From positions 1 to 36,744 of the forward strand of contig DATBGF010000393.1 of assembly GCA_036558145.1 (NCBI GenBank): DNA of 36,744 nt. The letters are read 5' to 3'. The notes beneath the pieces are model-generated. The model did not search any database. It saw only the letters and a program-made list of their open reading frames with translations, and was not told where the DNA came from. The stretch comes from Acidimicrobiales bacterium. GTDB taxonomy: Bacteria > Actinomycetota > Acidimicrobiia > Acidimicrobiales > VFJN01. Of the stretch, positions 32,060 through 36,744 are shown piece by piece (position 1 is the stretch's first letter; every line of letters begins with the position of its first letter). A program made the position numbers and the translations under genes.

Positions 32060-32611
32060 GTGACGACTCAGTTCATCTGGATCGGGGAGCATCCCGGCCT
32101 CGACCTGTGCAACACCGAACCGGTCATCGACGGGGCGTTCGTCGATCTCCTCGCGGGGCCCGAGGCACTGGCGGCCTGGGCGGCCGGTGCCGGTCTGCCC
32201 CCGGTGGCCGCCGGCGACCTGACCGAGCGGACCGTGCGCTGGGCCCGGGCCCTGCGCGACGGGTTGCGGGCTGCGCTCGACCCTCCGGAGCGGGACCCGG
32301 ACCGCCTCGGCGACGTCGACGCCCTCCTGCGGCCCGTGCGGGGCACGCTCGGCCTGGCGACCGCTCCGGATCCCCGGCTGGTGCTGCGCTCGGACGGCCC
32401 CGAGGCGCAGTTCCGCCTCGACCTGGCGGCCGCGACGGTGCCCGCGCTGGCGCTCGATCCGGCCCGGGTCCGGCGCTGTGCGAGCGCTGCGTGCGTGTTG
32501 CTGTTCCATGACGTGAGCAAGGCCGGGCGCCGGCGCTGGTGCGACATGGCCACCTGCGGCAACCGGGCCAAGTCCGCCGCCCATCTCGCTCGCTCTCGGA
32601 GCACTCGGTGA
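32060..32611 (+). CDS. CGNR zinc-finger (ABATE-domain) putative nucleic-acid-binding regulator
   Basis: Track ORF of 183 aa. The N-terminal block is G.HPGLDLCNT, and the C-terminal zinc finger is C.....C..LF.D.S..GRRRWC.M.TCGNRAK. Confidence 0.85.
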   Translation: MTTQFIWIGEHPGLDLCNTEPVIDGAFVDLLAGPEALAAWAAGAGLPPVAAGDLTERTVRWARALRDGLRAALDPPERDPDRLGDVDALLRPVRGTLGLATAPDPRLVLRSDGPEAQFRLDLAAATVPALALDPARVRRCASAACVLLFHDVSKAGRRRWCDMATCGNRAKSAAHLARSRSTR

Positions 32612-33270
32612 GTGCCGCCACCGGAGAGATCGTGTCGGTCAACGTGGGCCGGCCCCGCCAGGTGGAGTGGCACGGCCGCACGGTGACCACGGCCATCTGG
32701 AAGAACCCGGTGCCGGGCCGGGTGCTGGTGGAGGGCGTCAACCTCGCCGGTGACGACCAGGCGGATCGCCGGGTCCACGGAGGCGAGACCAAGGCCGTCT
32801 ACGCCTACGCCGCCGAGGACTACGCCTGGTGGGCGGAGCAGCTGGGCGAGGCGCTCCGGCCCGGGACGTTCGGCGAGAACCTCACCCTGGCGGGCGTGGA
32901 CCTCCGGGCGCTGGTGGTGGGGGAGCGCTGGCGGGCCGGCACCGCGGTGCTGCGGGTGACCGAGCCCCGCTTCCCCTGCTTCAAGCTGGGCATACGCATG
33001 GGTGACGCCGCGTTCGTCGACCGCTTCGGGGCGGCCCGGCGCTCCGGCTCCTACTTCGCCATCGAGCGGGCGGGCATGGTCGGCGCCGGTGACGCCATGG
33101 AGCGCCTGGAGACCCCGGACGAGCGGTACACGATCGGCGACTTCGTCGACGACCACGAGGACGGCGGCCCCGAGGCCCTGGAGCGCCTGGCCGGCCAGCC
33201 GCTGGTCTCGCAGGCGTGGCGTGAGCACGCCGAGCGCGCCGCCGCCCGGGCCCGGGCCAAGGCCCCGTGA
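32608..33270 (+). CDS. MOSC-domain protein (YiiM-like)
   Basis: Track ORF 32539..33270, trimmed to the GTG at 32608 (GTGA overlap with the CGNR stop). Motifs: VSVNVGRP........T.I.K.PV.G, GDDQADRRVHGG..KAVYAY, GENLT..G, and the conserved Cys in EPRFPCFKLG. Confidence 0.85.
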   Translation: MSAATGEIVSVNVGRPRQVEWHGRTVTTAIWKNPVPGRVLVEGVNLAGDDQADRRVHGGETKAVYAYAAEDYAWWAEQLGEALRPGTFGENLTLAGVDLRALVVGERWRAGTAVLRVTEPRFPCFKLGIRMGDAAFVDRFGAARRSGSYFAIERAGMVGAGDAMERLETPDERYTIGDFVDDHEDGGPEALERLAGQPLVSQAWREHAERAAARARAKAP

Positions 33271-33339
33271 CTTGTCCACCCCCAGTTCACAGGGTTGTCC
33301 TCTCGTAGCGCACAGGGAGCGCGCCGTACCGTCTGCGCC

Positions 33340-33564
33340 ATGCCGACGTTCGAGGTGATCCTGCGGGACCGGACCGTCGAGACCGTCGACGGCGCCGACG
33401 CCTACCAGCAAGAAGGCCCGATGACCACGTTCTTCCGCCGCGGCGACGGCCGCGACGTGATCGACTCCTGGAGCACGCGCATGGCCAGCTTCCGCACCGC
33501 CGACCTGCTCGTGGTCCGGCGTCGGGACGCTGCGGTCCCCGCGCTGGCCGCGGTGGCGGGCTGA
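33340..33564 (+). CDS. Small hypothetical protein (74 aa)
   Basis: Track ORF 33295..33564 (TTG start), trimmed to the ATG at 33340 (MPTFEVILRDRTVETVDG...). It has strong GC3 bias and no recognisable motif. The start is uncertain. Confidence 0.5.
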   Translation: MPTFEVILRDRTVETVDGADAYQQEGPMTTFFRRGDGRDVIDSWSTRMASFRTADLLVVRRRDAAVPALAAVAG

Positions 33565-33576
33565 GGGGCGGCGGCG

Positions 33577-33768
33577 ATGGGCGAATCCCAGGCGTTCACC
33601 TGCCCCCGGTGCGGCAGCGACGTCACCGAGACCTACTACGGACCGTGCCGGTCCTGCCGCGACGAGCTGCGGGCCGAGGTGGCCGCGGAGGCCCGCACGG
33701 TGGACGAACAGGCGTATGAACCGAAGATGAATGTGACACCCAACGCGGTGGCCCTGAAAGACGACTGA
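33577..33768 (+). CDS. Small zinc-ribbon protein (63 aa, CPRC...CRSC)
   Basis: Track ORF with two CxxC pairs spaced 12 residues apart and an acidic tail. GC3 bias holds except in the last ~15 codons. Confidence 0.55.
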   Translation: MGESQAFTCPRCGSDVTETYYGPCRSCRDELRAEVAAEARTVDEQAYEPKMNVTPNAVALKDD

Positions 33769-33793
33769 AACACAGTTTTCACCATGTCAGAAC

Positions 33794-33809
33794 GGTGACG
33801 AACGTCACC
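33794..33809. promoter_or_regulatory. 16-bp perfect palindrome GGTGACG-AA-CGTCACC. Either an operator or a U-tract-less terminator.
   Basis: Read directly. It lies 26 nt after the zinc-ribbon stop, at the head of the 225-nt leader. Confidence 0.35.
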
Positions 33810-33811
33810 TG

Positions 33812-33935
33812 GCCGCGCGCTAGGGTGCGTGGTGAAATCGCAGTCCGCGCAGGCCTGCAGCCACGCCGGGAAGGGCTGAGGGAACGCCCCGGAAGGGGTG
33901 TCGTCACGAGGTCCTCGGCTACCTGCCTGCGCGGT
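33812..33935 (+). ncRNA. Candidate ligand-sensing leader (cobalamin-riboswitch-like motif order; class unconfirmed)
   Basis: The closing helix is CCGCGC (33813-18) with GCGCGG (33929-34). Inside are a hairpin 33826-42 with loop UGGUGAAAU, GCCAC..GGGAAGG (33860-74), a CGCCCC-GGAA-GGGGUG hairpin (33885-900) and ACCUGCC (33921-27). This was matched by eye to remembered consensus only. Confidence 0.3.
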
Positions 33936-33962
33936 TTCTGCTGGGGTCGGGGGCCGGGGTCG

Positions 33963-33988
33963 GGCTCCGACGCAAGACGAACGGAGCC
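33963..33988 (+). promoter_or_regulatory. Shine-Dalgarno-sequestering hairpin GGCUCCG-12 nt-CGGAGCC upstream of the sensor gene
   Basis: A perfect 7-bp stem (33963-69 with 33982-88). The 3' arm contains GGAG (33983-86), 7 nt before GTG 33994. Confidence 0.4.
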
Positions 33989-33993
33989 GCCAC

Positions 33994-36387
33994 GTGGTCC
34001 GCCGCATCCCCATCCGCGCCAAGGTTGCCGGAGCGCTGGCCATACCGCTCGTCGCACTGGTCGTCGGGGCAGCGATGGGGGCGTCCGCCAACGCCGCCGA
34101 AGCCTCCCAGGTCATGCACCAGGCCGATCTCGCCACCGCCTCGATCGGCCACGCCGGCCTCATCAGCGCGCTGCAGGACGAGCGCAACGTCGCCCTCATC
34201 GAGATGCTGGGGCTGAGCGGGCGCATCCAGCTGGATCCGGCCGACACCGAGGCGGCGCGGCGGGCGACCGATGCCGCCCACACCGCCCTGCACGACGAGA
34301 TCGCCGACCAGGCCGACACGCTGCGCGACGACTACTCCGTGGCGCTGGAGAGCCTGGACCAGCTCGACGGCGTGCGGGACCGGGTCGACGCGGCCACCGC
34401 AGCCGGCACCGGGGCGCCCGACCGCGACGAGGCCCATGAGGTCTTCAGCGCCTACAGCGACATGATCGGGACGCTGTTCGCCTCCCACGACCGCTTCTCA
34501 CCGATGGTCGACGACGCGGCCCTGCGCCAGGGCGACGACCTGCTCCACTCCTCGTCCCACGCGACCGACGCGGTCGCCCAGCTCGTCGAGCGGCTGCTGT
34601 TCTGGGGCAGCAGCCCGGGCGGCATCGACGAGCCCGAGGAGGCGGCGCGCGTCGCCGAGGCCGCCCGCGACGTCGAGCGGAACAACGCGGTGGTGCGCAA
34701 CAAGGGCACGGGGGCCTACGCCCGGGCGACCGACGCGCTGCTCGCCGGCCCGCGGGTCACCGGCCTGCTCGACTACGCCGACGAGGCCATCCGCAGCGGG
34801 CAGGTCGACCCGGACGCGCTGTTGGCCACGACGCCCCTCGGTCCCGAAGGTGGCTACTCGGCGTTCCGTGACCAGGTGGCCGGCGTCCTCGACAACGAGG
34901 CGACCCGCCTGGCGGACGAGGCCGACGCCCGGCGCCGGCTGTACTGGGCGGCCGCCCTGGTGGTCCTGGCCGGCGCCGTGGGGGTCGCGTACATCGTGAG
35001 CCGGTCGATCACCCGGCCGCTGCGCCACCTGAGCAAGGAGGCGGGCGCCACGGCCAGCTACCGCCTGCCGGCGGCCGTGCAGGACATCCTCGACGCCCCG
35101 GCGGGCACCGACGTGGCGGTCCCCGAGATGCCGCCCCACGTGGAGGGCCCGCGCGACGAGGTGGGCGACGTGGCCCGGGCGCTCGAGGACCTGCAGCGCT
35201 CGGCGCTCACCCTGGCGGTCGAGCAGGCGGCGTTGCGGCGCAACGTGGCCGAGTCCTACGTGAACCTCGGCCGGCGCAGCCAGAACCTGCTCAGCCGGCT
35301 GCTGGACTCGGTCGGCGAGCTGGGGCGCACCGAGACCGACCCCGACCGCCTCGACCAGATCTACCGCCTCGAGCACCTGGCCAACCGCATCCGCCGCAAC
35401 GCCGAGTCGCTGCTCGTGCTGTCCGAGCCCGTGGCCCCCACCCGCTGGCAGCCGCCCGTGCACGTGGCCGACGTGGTGCGGGCCGCGCTGGGGGAGATCG
35501 AGAACCACGAGCGGGTCGTGGTCCGCACGCTGGAGCCGGCGATGGTGCGGGGCGGGTCCTCGAGCGACCTCGCCCACATCCTGGCCGAGCTGGTCGAGAA
35601 CGCCCTGCGCCACTCCCCGCCGCGGGAGCTGGTCGAGGTGAGCGGGCACACGGGCGAGGGCGGCTACTGCATCTCCGTCGTCGACCACGGCCTGGGCATG
35701 ACCCCCGAGGACCTGGAGCTGGCCAACCAGCGCCTGGCCGGGGCCGAGTCGTTCACCGTCACGCCCGCCCGCTACATGGGCCACTACGTGACGGCGGTGC
35801 TGGCCGGCCGCCATGGCGTGTCCGTCCGCCTGCACGGCTCGGTGGTGGCCGGGATCACCGCCCTGGTCACGCTGCCCCCAACGCTGCTGACCGAGCACCC
35901 CGACCACCCCGCGTCCCCCCGCCCGCTGGGCGAGCCCGACCCGCTCTCGGGCGGGTGGCCCGACGCCCCGGCCCCCGAGCACCCGACCGCCCACGACGTG
36001 CGGGCGGCGGTGACGCTGCTGCGGACCCGCACCGCGGCTCCCGCCCGCGAGACCGTCACGGCCGGGCTGCGCGCCCCGGCGGTGGAGGCCATCGTCCCGC
36101 GCCACTGGCCCGCCCGCTCCGAGCGCGACCGCCCCGTCGCGGCGGCCCCGGGGACGGGATCGGCCACGGTCGTGAGCGGGCCGAGCGCCCGGTCACGGGC
36201 CACCGAGACGGCGGGGCGCACGGCCAGTGGCCTGGTCCGGCGGGTGCCCACGACCCCGCGGCCGCCGAGCGCGCGCGCCGCCCGGCCCGAGATGGAGCGG
36301 TTCCTCACCAGCCTGGCCGGCCGGACGCCGCCGGTCTCCGACCCCGACCCCGAGGCCGGCGACGGCCCGGACGGACCGGGGAGGTGA
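33994..36387 (+). CDS. Conservon CvnA-type sensor: TM - NIT (nitrate/nitrite-sensing-like) domain - TM - HAMP - histidine-kinase-like ATPase, with a long Pro/Arg/Ala-rich tail
   Basis: Track ORF 33898..36387, trimmed to the GTG at 33994 (VVRRIPIRAKVAGALAIPLVALVVG; SD GGAG lies 7 nt upstream). It has a NIT-like helical sensor (ISALQDERNVAL...), HAMP (ITRPLRHLSKEA), LEHLANRIRRNAESLLVL and HATPase_c blocks (ELVENALRHSPP, VVDHGLGM). The last ~150 aa are low-complexity. Confidence 0.85.
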   Translation: MVRRIPIRAKVAGALAIPLVALVVGAAMGASANAAEASQVMHQADLATASIGHAGLISALQDERNVALIEMLGLSGRIQLDPADTEAARRATDAAHTALHDEIADQADTLRDDYSVALESLDQLDGVRDRVDAATAAGTGAPDRDEAHEVFSAYSDMIGTLFASHDRFSPMVDDAALRQGDDLLHSSSHATDAVAQLVERLLFWGSSPGGIDEPEEAARVAEAARDVERNNAVVRNKGTGAYARATDALLAGPRVTGLLDYADEAIRSGQVDPDALLATTPLGPEGGYSAFRDQVAGVLDNEATRLADEADARRRLYWAAALVVLAGAVGVAYIVSRSITRPLRHLSKEAGATASYRLPAAVQDILDAPAGTDVAVPEMPPHVEGPRDEVGDVARALEDLQRSALTLAVEQAALRRNVAESYVNLGRRSQNLLSRLLDSVGELGRTETDPDRLDQIYRLEHLANRIRRNAESLLVLSEPVAPTRWQPPVHVADVVRAALGEIENHERVVVRTLEPAMVRGGSSSDLAHILAELVENALRHSPPRELVEVSGHTGEGGYCISVVDHGLGMTPEDLELANQRLAGAESFTVTPARYMGHYVTAVLAGRHGVSVRLHGSVVAGITALVTLPPTLLTEHPDHPASPRPLGEPDPLSGGWPDAPAPEHPTAHDVRAAVTLLRTRTAAPARETVTAGLRAPAVEAIVPRHWPARSERDRPVAAAPGTGSATVVSGPSARSRATETAGRTASGLVRRVPTTPRPPSARAARPEMERFLTSLAGRTPPVSDPDPEAGDGPDGPGR

Positions 36388-36744
36388 CCGTGCTGACCGA
36401 CGAGGCCCGCAACTTCAACTGGCTGCTCGAGAGCTTCGTGGGCGAGACCGCGGGGGTCACCGACGCCATGGCCGTCTCGTCCGACGGGATGCTCATCGCC
36501 CGCTCCGAGACCCTGGAGGCGCAGGAGAGCGACCTGCTGTGCGCCATCATCGCCGGCACCGCCGGCCTGGCGATGGCCGCCTCGCGTGCCCTGTCCGGCG
36601 GTGGCCTGGAGCGGGTCGTCATCACGATGGAGCGCGGGTTCCTGTTCGTCAGCGCCATCGCGGACGGCAGCTGCCTCGGCGTGGTCGCCACGCGCGACTG
36701 CGATGTGGGCTCGATCGGCTACCAGACGACCGACCTGGTCCACC
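36384..36744 (+). CDS. Roadblock/LC7 (MglB/CvnB-like) protein, 3' end outside the window
   Basis: Not in the track because there is no stop in the window. Manual translation from GTG 36384 (GTGA overlap with the sensor stop) or GTG 36390 reads (MT)VLTDEARNFNWLLESFVGETAGVTDAMAVSSDGMLIARSE...ERVVITMERGFLFVSAIADGSCLGVVA, the typical Roadblock/LC7 pattern that follows CvnA-type sensors. Confidence 0.8.
   Translation, partial: MTVLTDEARNFNWLLESFVGETAGVTDAMAVSSDGMLIARSETLEAQESDLLCAIIAGTAGLAMAASRALSGGGLERVVITMERGFLFVSAIADGSCLGVVATRDCDVGSIGYQTTDLVH

Noticed and set aside
33898-33993. Longer N-terminus (MSSRGPRLPACAVSAGVGGRGRAPTQDERSRH) for the sensor gene as given by the ORF track
   Set aside because: GTG 33994 has a well-spaced GGAG and is immediately followed by the basic-then-hydrophobic TM anchor. 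The extra 32 codons fall in the structured leader and lack coding-like character.
1-36744. Screened by eye for tRNA/rRNA genes, CRISPR arrays, IS elements or integrases, prophage genes, and defence or toxin-antitoxin systems
   Set aside because: Non-coding gaps are all 225 nt or shorter and none shows cloverleaf or repeat-spacer structure. No transposase, integrase, nuclease, restriction-methylase or toxin-like ORF was recognised. The ParA gene is paired with a CHAD protein rather than with plasmid or phage partition genes.

Overview
This is a 36.7-kb, very GC-rich, gene-dense chromosomal segment that reads like Actinomycetota: near-saturated G/C at third codon positions, long antisense shadow ORFs, many GTG starts, 4-nt stop/start overlaps and leaderless-looking starts. 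I can support about 36 protein genes. I see no rRNA, tRNA, CRISPR array, transposase or integrase. Layout: (i) 1-4121, a minus-strand late cobalamin module, cobU-cobS-cbiB-cobD-cobT, with cobT running off the window. (ii) 4178-13561, mixed stress and housekeeping genes. These are an LMW phosphatase plus fructosamine-kinase pair, a secreted SGNH hydrolase, and a CYTH-like/CHAD protein translationally coupled to an orphan ParA ATPase. They also include an ankyrin / J-domain / msrB operon divergent from a MarR gene across a 17-bp palindromic spacer, a Tat-lipoprotein amidohydrolase, and an M18 aminopeptidase. (iii) 13618-32042, an ~18.4-kb envelope-glycan locus. It holds five GT-C-type polytopic enzymes: one AftD-like, one fused to an AT3 acyltransferase, two PMT_2-like and one unassigned. 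It also holds GT2, GT4 and Ppm1-like transferases, a methyltransferase, a UDP-galactopyranose-mutase-like flavoprotein and a HAD phosphatase. (iv) 32060-36744, a CGNR zinc-finger plus MOSC pair, two small ORFs, a 225-nt structured leader, then a conservon-type NIT/HAMP/ATPase sensor and a truncated Roadblock/LC7 gene. The best candidates for something undescribed are the glycan locus as a whole and its GT-C-AT3 fusion, the CHAD-ParA couple as a possible polyphosphate-granule positioning module, and the riboswitch-like leader with cobalamin-aptamer-like motifs in front of the conservon sensor. All family calls come from motif recognition by eye. No database search was run.
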